Shown here: positions 49,113-56,908 of the stretch, in pieces
Layout: each line of letters begins with the position of its first letter
Position numbering within the stretch: position 1 is the first letter of the stretch
Sequence record: SRR20825006_1150
Length of the DNA stretch: 56,908 nucleotides
Strand: one strand, 5' to 3'
The notes under the pieces: generated by a model
Database searches by the model: none
Told to the model about the DNA's origin: nothing
What the model saw: only the letters and a program-made list of their open reading frames with translations
Program-made: the position numbers and the translations under genes

Positions 49113-49175
49113 TCACAACCCTCAGCGTAAGCAAGGCACACACCCCACGTTTCACAACCCGCAGCGTAAGCAAGG
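49113..49175. repeat. Two 24-bp direct repeats (REP-like)
   Basis: TCACAACCC(T/G)CAGCGTAAGCAAGG at 49113-49136 and 49152-49175 (23/24 identical). Confidence 0.8.
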
Positions 49176-49216
49176 ACACGACCAGAGCACCGGCCAGACA
49201 TCCGTCATCCGGGCAC

Positions 49217-49249
49217 AAAAAAACGCGGCAACCTTGAAGGATGCCGCGT
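49217..49249 (-). terminator. Intrinsic terminator after dapA
   Basis: Minus strand ACGCGGCATCCTTCAAGGTTGCCGCG-TTTTTTT. Confidence 0.82.
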
Positions 49250-49280
49250 GGATTGGGTTTGGCTGGGACGCGTCCTTCGA

Positions 49281-50207
49281 TCACGCGCCGCTGGCTTGCA
49301 ATTGACCAGAAATGGCCGATTCCATGCCAAACTTCATCAGCGTCTCTTGCAAGATCGCTCGGTCGGCATCGTCCAGCGGAACCATCGGCAAACGCATTTC
49401 GCCGGTGTCACGACCGACCATTTGCATCGCTGCTTTGACCGGGATCGGGTTCGTAGCGAGCCCCAGCATCTTACTGCACAAAGAATACAAACGATGGTGC
49501 AGTTCGGCAGCCTTCGTGTAATCACCAGCCGCTGCCGTTTGAACCATTTCCAACAACACCGATGGCACCAAGTTGGCCGCCACGGAGATCACGCCTTCGG
49601 CTCCGACGCTCATCATTGGCAATGTTAGCGAGTCATCACCTGATAGAACGGTCAGATTGGTTGCACCCAAGACCGCGGTGCATTGATCCAGTGATCCGGT
49701 CGCTTCCTTGACCATCGTGATGTTCGGCAATTCTGCCAATCGCACGATCGTGTCGACTTCGATGTTCTTCGCTGAACGCCCAGGAATGTTGTAGACGCAG
49801 ACTGGAATATCGACAGCTTCCGCAACTGCGCGGAAGTGCTGATACATGCCTTCTTGAGTTGGCTTGTTGTAATACGGGGCGACTTGCAAAGTCGCATCCG
49901 CTCCTTCATCGGCAGCTCGACGAGTCAGTCGCAACGCTTCCGCTGTACTGTTACTGCCCGTGCCTGCCATGACTTTGACGCGGCCGGCGACGTGTTGAAT
50001 CGTCAACGAGATCACACGTTCGTGCTCGTCATGCGTCAACGTCGGTGACTCACCAGTCGTTCCGCATGGCACGATGCACGTGACACCCGCGTCGATTTGA
50101 AAATCGATCTGCTCAGCCAAACGTTTCTCGTCGACTTGTCCATCACGAAAGGGAGTCACAATGGCGGTGGACAGACCAGCGAAATCGCTGCCTTTTCTGG
50201 GAGACAT
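49281..50207 (-). CDS. dapA: 4-hydroxy-tetrahydrodipicolinate synthase
   Basis: [39 protein letters not shown] and NPIPVK motifs. Confidence 0.96.
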   Translation of the reverse strand: MSPRKGSDFAGLSTAIVTPFRDGQVDEKRLAEQIDFQIDAGVTCIVPCGTTGESPTLTHDEHERVISLTIQHVAGRVKVMAGTGSNSTAEALRLTRRAADEGADATLQVAPYYNKPTQEGMYQHFRAVAEAVDIPVCVYNIPGRSAKNIEVDTIVRLAELPNITMVKEATGSLDQCTAVLGATNLTVLSGDDSLTLPMMSVGAEGVISVAANLVPSVLLEMVQTAAAGDYTKAAELHHRLYSLCSKMLGLATNPIPVKAAMQMVGRDTGEMRLPMVPLDDADRAILQETLMKFGMESAISGQLQASGA

Positions 50208-50683
50208 CAAGCACGTCCGGAACAAAAGTCAAAAAACAGGGTCATGGAACAAGCGAGCAGTTTAACGTTTTCTCAAAACATTTCACGGGCCAAAATGTGG
50301 CCGAAAAGAACAGTCTGAACAGCGGGTCACGTCTCGATTGCCCTGTTCCCGACGCAACCAGCAGCGACCGCCCAATCGCCTCCTACCGACCACCTCCGCC
50401 TGGGAACGATCGCTCGACGCGAAAGACAAATTTCATCCGCGGTTGGACTCAACCAGTGATTCGATCGCGAGCAATGTTCAAAGCGGGCACCGAACGCGGC
50501 ACTTGCCAGAAATCGACACGCGGGGACGAGAAATCGTTCGACTCGCCCTGATTCAGACACGTCCGCAGAGAAGAAGTTCGGCAGAAGCACAATTGCGTTG
50601 CCGAAGTGCGAGACGTCTGTTGAATTCCCGGGTCGCCAAATCCGCATGGAAACGACGACCAGTTTCAAAGAATTCGAAGGAGA

Positions 50684-51316
50684 TCAGACCAAGTTCTTGC
50701 GAACGGCCCAAACGGCGGCTTGCGTACGATCCGAGACGCCGAGCTTACGCAGGATATGCTGCACGTGCTCTTTGACCGTTTCGTAGCTGATGCCCAGCAT
50801 CTTGGCGATCTCTTTGTTGGTCAGCCCCAACGCCATTTGACGCAAAACTTCGCTTTCGCGCTGAGTCAACGGCACGTCGATGTCTTGGTTCATGCGAGGA
50901 GTCGCCAAAGCACCGGTAACGCGACGAAGTTCTTCGCGAGTCCAGGACTGCTGACCATCGAAAGCCAAGTTCAGAGCTTCGATCAGACGCGAAACGGGCG
51001 CCGTTTTGAGGATGTAACCGCAAGCACCAAGTGCAACGGCACGAGCGACATAGGTTGGGTTGTCATAGCCAGAGAACAACAGGATCGGCAGGTCGGGGTG
51101 ATCGAGCTTGATACGACCAAGCGTATTCAGGCCATCGCCACCTTCCATCCGGATATCGAGCAACACGGTGTCGAGAGGAGTGTTCGAAACAATCTCCAGA
51201 GCGTCGGCAGCTTTGTCAGCTTGCGCGACCACTTCAATGCCGGTTCCTTCAAGGGCGGCTAAAGTTCCCAAGCGGGAAACTTCGTGATCATCGACGATCA
51301 GTAGGCGTTTTGACAT
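50684..51316 (-). CDS. NarL/LuxR-family response regulator (orphan)
   Basis: LLIVDDH, LLDIRM and GYILK receiver motifs; LTQRESEVL..GLTNKEIA..ISYETVKEHV HTH. Confidence 0.95.
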   Translation of the reverse strand: MSKRLLIVDDHEVSRLGTLAALEGTGIEVVAQADKAADALEIVSNTPLDTVLLDIRMEGGDGLNTLGRIKLDHPDLPILLFSGYDNPTYVARAVALGACGYILKTAPVSRLIEALNLAFDGQQSWTREELRRVTGALATPRMNQDIDVPLTQRESEVLRQMALGLTNKEIAKMLGISYETVKEHVQHILRKLGVSDRTQAAVWAVRKNLV

Positions 51317-51546
51317 CAGTTTTTTCCATTCAGAGAAGAGGTATGAGCGGGAGCCGTGGTGGGCTGCTGGGCAATCGAGGGGTAAAAGCGGGTTGTAACT
51401 CAATCAACTAATAACGCAAACCGGTTTAGTTGACATGTGACGCATCTGACCATCGACATCGCACCGCACGATCCTTTGCACGCTAAATCTTAGCTCATTA
51501 ACACCAAGAGGCCAGCCGCGATCCGGTCATTCGAGCGATGTCCTAC

Positions 51547-51564
51547 TAGCACCCCCGGTGCCAA
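51547..51564 (-). promoter_or_regulatory. Candidate sigma-54 (-24/-12) promoter
   Basis: Minus strand TTGGCACCGGGGGTGCTA: GG-N10-GC spacing, about 230 nt upstream of the response regulator. Confidence 0.5.
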
Positions 51565-52440
51565 ACCGGCTGGAAAACACCCAATGCAAGCAAAAACTGG
51601 GGGTTTCCGCCAATCCCCTCCAGCGAGCGAGACAGTTGGCAAAACAAGCGATGCTCAATTTTATCCCCCTGCGGTGGTTCAACCCGTATCACTGCAAGGG
51701 TGTTTTTAATCCGAATTTGTCACACGACTGGTAAACGTATTTTTTTCGGAAAAGGTTCCAAAAAAATTGATAAGTCCACAATGTCTTTACTGATTTTCCA
51801 TCCGCCGATGAAAGGACAACTCTACCCTCCACCCCCGGATGGACCATCAATGCATCTCTATACGACGGGCTTCCCCGATTGGATCACTTCGGCCTGTAAA
51901 GTCGCCCGATTCGCCCCCATCGGGGCACTGCCATCATCGCCGTTGGTTGTAAGCCGATGCGCAAAAGATGCGCAAATCATATCGGCGGTCGTGACTAAAA
52001 AGTTTACAAAAAGCTCACGCAATAGCCCGATTGGAAGCGGAAAATCGACACCGCCCGAAATGACAATATATCTTACCTGAATTTCGGTCGTCACGTGGCA
52101 TTCACGGCTTGCCGCCCGAGCATCACCCTGAGCATCACCCCGCTAGGATCGAAACCGCATTGATTGCTTCAGATCCAGACAAGCACCCACCCACCATCGC
52201 GAACAGCGGCCTCAACGAGTGAACGCAAGGGAAAATCAAACGCCGCTAGCAAGCGTGCTCACGCATCGATCGTGTTGAGATTGAAACTCGCGAGTTCCCG
52301 CCACTGGTCGCTAGCGAGACGCATCGGCGGAATCTCCCATTTTGTGCGATTTCGTGCCGTGCGTGCGGGGGTCGTGAGACTGATGCAATGCGGGTAAACT
52401 CCGCGGTTTGAAACCAAACCGGACACGGAGAATAGGATTG

Positions 52441-53550
52441 ATGGCGAAAGGATTGTTCACCCAGGGCATGTGCGTGCTATTGCGCCGTCCGCTCGAGTTG
52501 GACGAAATCCAATCGCGGTTGAACCAATTCCAATTGGCAGGTCGCCAAGAGTCTCTCGATGATGAGGACTCGCCCGAAACGCTGATCTATGACTTTCGGC
52601 CAGAAGTCGGCGGCCATCTGCTTGTCACTCCCTCGTCAATCCCATGGCCTGATGACATGGGTGACCCAGACGAATCACCCGAACGATTTGTCGCTTGGTC
52701 GTTGGGCCAGTTCGGCCCGCTCGCGTTCCCCGGTTGCCTGTCACGAGCTTGCGATCAAACGCGCCATTGGGACGACATGCCGGACATCCAATCCGAGCAC
52801 ACCTGTCACATTCGGTTTCTGATCAGCTATGTCCTGGGCACCGAAGAGGAAGACGACGACGACGAGGACGATCTGCCGCTGGTCCCGGATGACTACGAGG
52901 CGATTGACGAACTGCATTTCTTGACGAAAGCCGTCGCCGCAATTCTGGAAGCTCCCGAAGCGATTTGCTATTTCAATCCTGGCGGTGAAGTCCTCTGCGA
53001 TGAGAACGTGCTTCGCCAAGGACTCAATCACGCCTGGAATTTGGAACTGCCTCCGCTCGACATGTGGACCAATGTCCGGGTGTATGTCGATGACAATCGG
53101 TTCGCAATCATGGACACGGTTGGTAACGGCCAGTTCGATTTACCGGACATGGAAGCGGTGTTCCCACTTTCCGAATACGTCGCCGAAGACGTCGAACGTT
53201 TTCTTCGACACGCGTCGCTGTACTTGTTGGCGGGCGATGAGGAAGTCACGACGGGTGACACCGCCGACGGCCCCGGAGGCCAAACATGGTTGGCGATGGA
53301 GTGCGACCAATCGCTCTCCGATCCGCCTCGACCGACCATCCGTTGGATCCCCGAAGACGGCCGCAACATTCCCGAACACCTGCTGGACCCCGGCACGATT
53401 GAAGAAGATTTCACTTCGCTCGACGACGATGTCGACGAAGCCTTTCTGGACGATCACGATTTTGGTTCCAGCGAGTTTGATCCCAGTGGTACCGAGTACC
53501 TCGACTCAGAACCGTTTGATCCTGATAAACCGGACGATGATGACGACTGA
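52441..53550 (+). CDS. Acidic hypothetical protein (DUF4261-like)
   Basis: AGGA RBS; PLDMWTNVR..MDTVGNGQFDLPDME..GDT resembles DUF4261; very Asp/Glu-rich. Confidence 0.75.
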   Translation: MAKGLFTQGMCVLLRRPLELDEIQSRLNQFQLAGRQESLDDEDSPETLIYDFRPEVGGHLLVTPSSIPWPDDMGDPDESPERFVAWSLGQFGPLAFPGCLSRACDQTRHWDDMPDIQSEHTCHIRFLISYVLGTEEEDDDDEDDLPLVPDDYEAIDELHFLTKAVAAILEAPEAICYFNPGGEVLCDENVLRQGLNHAWNLELPPLDMWTNVRVYVDDNRFAIMDTVGNGQFDLPDMEAVFPLSEYVAEDVERFLRHASLYLLAGDEEVTTGDTADGPGGQTWLAMECDQSLSDPPRPTIRWIPEDGRNIPEHLLDPGTIEEDFTSLDDDVDEAFLDDHDFGSSEFDPSGTEYLDSEPFDPDKPDDDDD

Positions 53551-53678
53551 GTCTCGGCATTGCCTTGCATAACCTCCCGGCGACGCACTCTGCGACAAAC
53601 TTCGGTCCCAGCCAATCAACGCACACCTCCATTCCGTTTCCGTTTGATCGCGATTCCTTCTGACCCGAAACGCAGACC

Positions 53679-55133
53679 ATGTCACATACAATTGTCATCT
53701 TTGGTGCCAGCGGCGACCTGACCAGCCGCAAACTGGTCCCGGCACTCTTCCGACTCTTCTCACGCGGACGCCTGCCCGACTCGACTCGCATTGTCGGTGT
53801 TTCGCGAAGTCCCTACGAACATTCCGAGTGGCGAAAATCGCTTCGCGAAACCACCGCCAAATTTGTCGGCAAGTCTTTCAGCGAAGAAGCCTGGGAATCA
53901 TTCGCACCGAACATCTACTACCAGCCCGGCGACATCAAAGACGCGGATTCGTTTCAATCGCTGGCGACGTTCTTGGACGAAATCGAAGAAGGCAAATCGA
54001 CCGGTCGAGTCTACTACCTATCGACCATGCCGCAGTTGTACGAAGAAGCGATCCAGCAACTCGGGGCCGCGGGACTGGCCTGCGACAAAACCGGACCGCG
54101 ACGGGTCATCATCGAGAAACCGTTCGGCACGGATCTGAAAACGGCCCAGCGTCTGAACGAATCAATCCACAACGTTTTTCGCGAAGATCAGATCTACCGG
54201 ATCGATCATTACCTCGGCAAAGAAACCGTACAGAACATTTTCGCGTTGCGTTTTGCCAACAGCATCTTCGAACCGCTGTGGAACCGGAACTACATCGACC
54301 ACGTGCAAATCACCGTGGCCGAAGAAGTCGTTATCGGCCGGCGAGCTGGCTACTACGACAACAGCGGAATCCTTCGCGACATGTTCCAGAATCATATTCT
54401 GCAACTGATGATGATCACGGCGATGGAACCGCCGGCGAAATTTGACGCCGCTTTGGTTCGCGACGAGAAAGTCAAAGTGCTGCACAGCGTTCGAAAGATG
54501 ACGGGTGGCGACTTCGCATCTCAAACCGTTCGCGGCCAATACGATGGCTACCTGCAAGAGGAAGGCGTCCCGGCGAACAGCCAAACGGAAACCTTTGCCG
54601 CGCTGAAACTGTACTGCGACAACTGGCGATGGCAGGGCGTGCCGTTCTTCTTGCGAAGCGGCAAAGGCATGTCATGCCGAACGACCCAGATCGTGATCCA
54701 GTTCAAAAACGTTCCGCACCAATTGTTTGGCGGATCGAAGAAGGAGAACAAACTTGGCAACCGATTGGTCATTCAAGTCCAACCGGCCGAAGGCATCCAA
54801 TTGCACTTCGAAACCAAGGTTGCCGACGCCGGAATGAAGACGCGAACCAACCACTTGGACTTCAACTTCCAAGATTCCATTGGCGGCCAAGAAATGCCCG
54901 ACGCCTATCAGCGACTGCTGCTGGACGCGGTTCAAGGCGACGCCAGCCTCTTTGCTCGCGGCGACGAAGTCGAACTGGCCTGGAGCATCATCGATCCGAT
55001 CATCGAAGCGTGGCGAAGCCCGGCCGCTCCGCCACTGCACACGTATCAAACCGGCCTCTGGGGCCCCGAGGAATGCTCGCAGTGGCTGTTCGACCAAAAA
55101 CGCGAATGGTTCGACGTCTGCCCAGTTATTTAA
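53679..55133 (+). CDS. zwf: Glucose-6-phosphate 1-dehydrogenase
   Basis: IFGASGDL, EKPFG, YRIDHYLGKE, RDMFQNH and WQGVPFFLRSGK motifs. Confidence 0.98.
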   Translation: MSHTIVIFGASGDLTSRKLVPALFRLFSRGRLPDSTRIVGVSRSPYEHSEWRKSLRETTAKFVGKSFSEEAWESFAPNIYYQPGDIKDADSFQSLATFLDEIEEGKSTGRVYYLSTMPQLYEEAIQQLGAAGLACDKTGPRRVIIEKPFGTDLKTAQRLNESIHNVFREDQIYRIDHYLGKETVQNIFALRFANSIFEPLWNRNYIDHVQITVAEEVVIGRRAGYYDNSGILRDMFQNHILQLMMITAMEPPAKFDAALVRDEKVKVLHSVRKMTGGDFASQTVRGQYDGYLQEEGVPANSQTETFAALKLYCDNWRWQGVPFFLRSGKGMSCRTTQIVIQFKNVPHQLFGGSKKENKLGNRLVIQVQPAEGIQLHFETKVADAGMKTRTNHLDFNFQDSIGGQEMPDAYQRLLLDAVQGDASLFARGDEVELAWSIIDPIIEAWRSPAAPPLHTYQTGLWGPEECSQWLFDQKREWFDVCPVI

Positions 55134-55140
55134 GCAGCTC

Positions 55141-55302
55141 GTATGCGACTGGGGCCTCCCAGTCGCGTCCCGCAATCAACCAAAGCCTCCAGTCGAAAAT
55201 CACGTCGTCGACCGAGGCCCCTCAGTCGACCTTTCCCTGTGTAGTCGACTGAGGCCTCTCAGTCGACCTCCTCGGAAGCGATCGAGGGCCCCGATCGCCT
55301 AC
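55141..55302. repeat. Cluster of four GTAG-type REP-like palindromes
   Basis: GTATGCGACTGGG-GCCT-CCCAGTCGC (55141); GTCGTCGACCGAG-GCCC-CTCAGTCGAC (55204); GTAGTCGACTGAG-GCCT-CTCAGTCGAC (55241); inverted GTAGGCGATCGGGGCCCTCGATCGC (ends 55302). Confidence 0.75.
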
Positions 55303-55310
55303 GTCCCACC

Positions 55311-56747
55311 TTACTCTTTGGTTCCAATTCCGAACCGATGCTCGCCACGCTTGGCTGCTCGCAAGGACTCGTTTGTATCCTGCTCCGCTCCCGGATCGCC
55401 TTGCGATTCCATCCAACGCTCCAGCTCTCGGCCCAACTCCTCGCGGACTCCAGCCAACCCTTCGTCGTTGATCAGGTTGGTCATCTCATACGGATCGTTG
55501 GCAAGATCATAGAGCTCCTCTTTCGGGCGCAACTGGTATCGCTGGATCAGACGAAGTAGCTCCGGCTGCTCAAAGCACTGAAACACCCAGGTCTGCCAAT
55601 ACTTGTTGTTCAGCTCACCGTTGCCTTTGACGCCCATCAAGTGCTTTTCGATGTACAGGTTCTCGTTCTGCAGATTGCGGATGTAGTGATAACGCCCATC
55701 GGTGATGGATCGAATGGGATAGGACGGACCTTCAGGAACATTGTTGTGCGTCCCGTAGGCATATTCGCGATGAGCATCTTTCTCGTGTCTTAGCACACGG
55801 GCGAAGGAAGCCCCGTCGAACGTTTCTGGTTGATACTCGGCACCAGCCAGATCCATCAACGTTGGCAACACATCGGCGTATTGTACCAGAGCGTCTGTCC
55901 TGGTTCCCGGCACGATCATGCCCGGCCACTTTGCGATCAATGCTGTGTGAACGCCGGTGTTGTAGTTCGTCCACTTGTTGCCTGGGAACTGAGAGCCCTG
56001 CTCGGAAGTGAACAACACGATCGTATCGCCCGACTCTCCGACTGCCTCGAGTTCATTCATGATCTGGCCAAACTGATCATCCATGTAAGTGATCTCAGCC
56101 AGATACCGACCAAACGCCGACCGGGTTTCGGGCGTGTCGCCAATGTTCGGCGGCAACTTCAATTTGCGTGGCGGGTACGCAGTCGCGTCGCCCATCACCC
56201 AGGGCACATGCGGCTCCACCAACGCGACCACCAAACAAAACGGCTGGCCGTCCTCGCGAGACATGAACTCGCCAATGGAGTCCAACTGCATTTCTTGTGT
56301 CGGATTGCGAACACAGCTTTTGTCGCACCCATCAACCCTCTCGAACGGGAAGGCTGATTCCGGCGAAACATGAACCTTGCCGGCCAACCCGACTCGATAG
56401 CCGACTCGAGCAAGATGCTGAGGCATGCTCTCGATGTCACGGCGACTGGCGGAGTGATTCCAATTGCAACCGTTTCGCATCGGATACAAGCCCGAATACA
56501 ACTCGGCACGACAAGGTTGGCAAATCGCTTCGGCGAGGAACGCCCGATCGAATGTCATCCCTTCTTTCGCGAGCCGCTCCAGGTTCGGCGTTTTCGCGTT
56601 CTCGCCGCCGTACATTGGCAGATCGTTGTACGTGCAATCGTCCGCCATCACGATCAGGAAATTGGGCGACTTCGTGTCAGCGTGCGCGAGAACGGGGACC
56701 AAGGCAACCGCGAGAACGGTGGCAATGGTTCTAAGAGTAATTTTCAT
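55311..56747 (-). CDS. Formylglycine-dependent sulfatase (sulfamidase-like), secreted
   Basis: PNFLIVMADD, TPNLERLA..G, CQPCR (CxPxR), GK.H and ELYDL..DPYE motifs; signal peptide from ATG 56747. Confidence 0.93.
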   Translation of the reverse strand: MKITLRTIATVLAVALVPVLAHADTKSPNFLIVMADDCTYNDLPMYGGENAKTPNLERLAKEGMTFDRAFLAEAICQPCRAELYSGLYPMRNGCNWNHSASRRDIESMPQHLARVGYRVGLAGKVHVSPESAFPFERVDGCDKSCVRNPTQEMQLDSIGEFMSREDGQPFCLVVALVEPHVPWVMGDATAYPPRKLKLPPNIGDTPETRSAFGRYLAEITYMDDQFGQIMNELEAVGESGDTIVLFTSEQGSQFPGNKWTNYNTGVHTALIAKWPGMIVPGTRTDALVQYADVLPTLMDLAGAEYQPETFDGASFARVLRHEKDAHREYAYGTHNNVPEGPSYPIRSITDGRYHYIRNLQNENLYIEKHLMGVKGNGELNNKYWQTWVFQCFEQPELLRLIQRYQLRPKEELYDLANDPYEMTNLINDEGLAGVREELGRELERWMESQGDPGAEQDTNESLRAAKRGEHRFGIGTKE

Positions 56748-56908
56748 AGAAATCGGGCGGGAAGGGGATGCTTGCGTGCGTGAGCCGACAATCCGAAATC
56801 GCGGCGGCGCAAATATCTTAACCCCAAACGCCGATTTCAACCAAATCCCGACGAATAGACGGGCCAGCCATCGACCAATTCCCCGTACGATGGACTTCCA
56901 AGTCCGTC

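Noticed and set aside
49113-49175. Mini CRISPR array
   Set aside because: Two copies with a 15-nt spacer, no leader and no cas genes.
50208-50683. Lysine riboswitch upstream of dapA
   Set aside because: I could not find the AGAGGNGC / GAAAGG / GCCGAA / CTGTC elements in the correct order on the minus strand.
51759-51772. IHF site near the sigma-54 candidate
   Set aside because: Minus strand TATCAATTTTTTT misses the WATCAA-N4-TTR consensus at the last position.
51700-52397. Small ORFs in the long intergenic gap (51700-52080, 51858-52094, 52164-52397)
   Set aside because: No RBS, no motifs and atypical composition.
1-56908. Transposase, integrase, prophage, rRNA, tmRNA, RNase P or SRP RNA
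   Set aside because: No diagnostic motifs were seen by eye; a covariance-model search would be needed to exclude small RNAs.

Overview
A gene-dense chromosomal segment of a Planctomycetota bacterium (Pirellulaceae, Rhodopirellula-like). The taxon is inferred from DUF1501, DUF1549/1553, DUF1592-group, DUF1552, DUF1559, DUF1598 and BBP7-like genes. About 45 CDS are supported. Core genes: gnd, zwf, greA, yacG, dapA and a futalosine-type menaquinone operon (menG/ubiE-ubiX-mqnP-mqnE). Planctomycete-specific loci: an ECF sigma / FecR-LamG anti-sigma / dihaem PSCyt / DUF1501 cassette, a second PSD-cytochrome / DUF1552 pair behind a retropepsin, a tetrahaem cytochrome c, a DNase I-like nuclease, a tandem-AP2 protein, two NfeD genes, a DUF1559 pilin-like gene, a PEP-CTERM protein and a sulfatase. 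I saw no rRNA, tRNA, CRISPR array, transposase or prophage. The main non-coding signals are a promoter plus intrinsic terminator just upstream of greA (attenuator-like), a terminator inside a predicted signal-peptide coding region, a GTAG-type REP cluster, a sigma-54-like site upstream of an orphan response regulator, and triple TATAAT boxes suggesting a leaderless nfeD. All family calls come from motif recognition by eye; no database search was run, so no novelty claim is confirmed.
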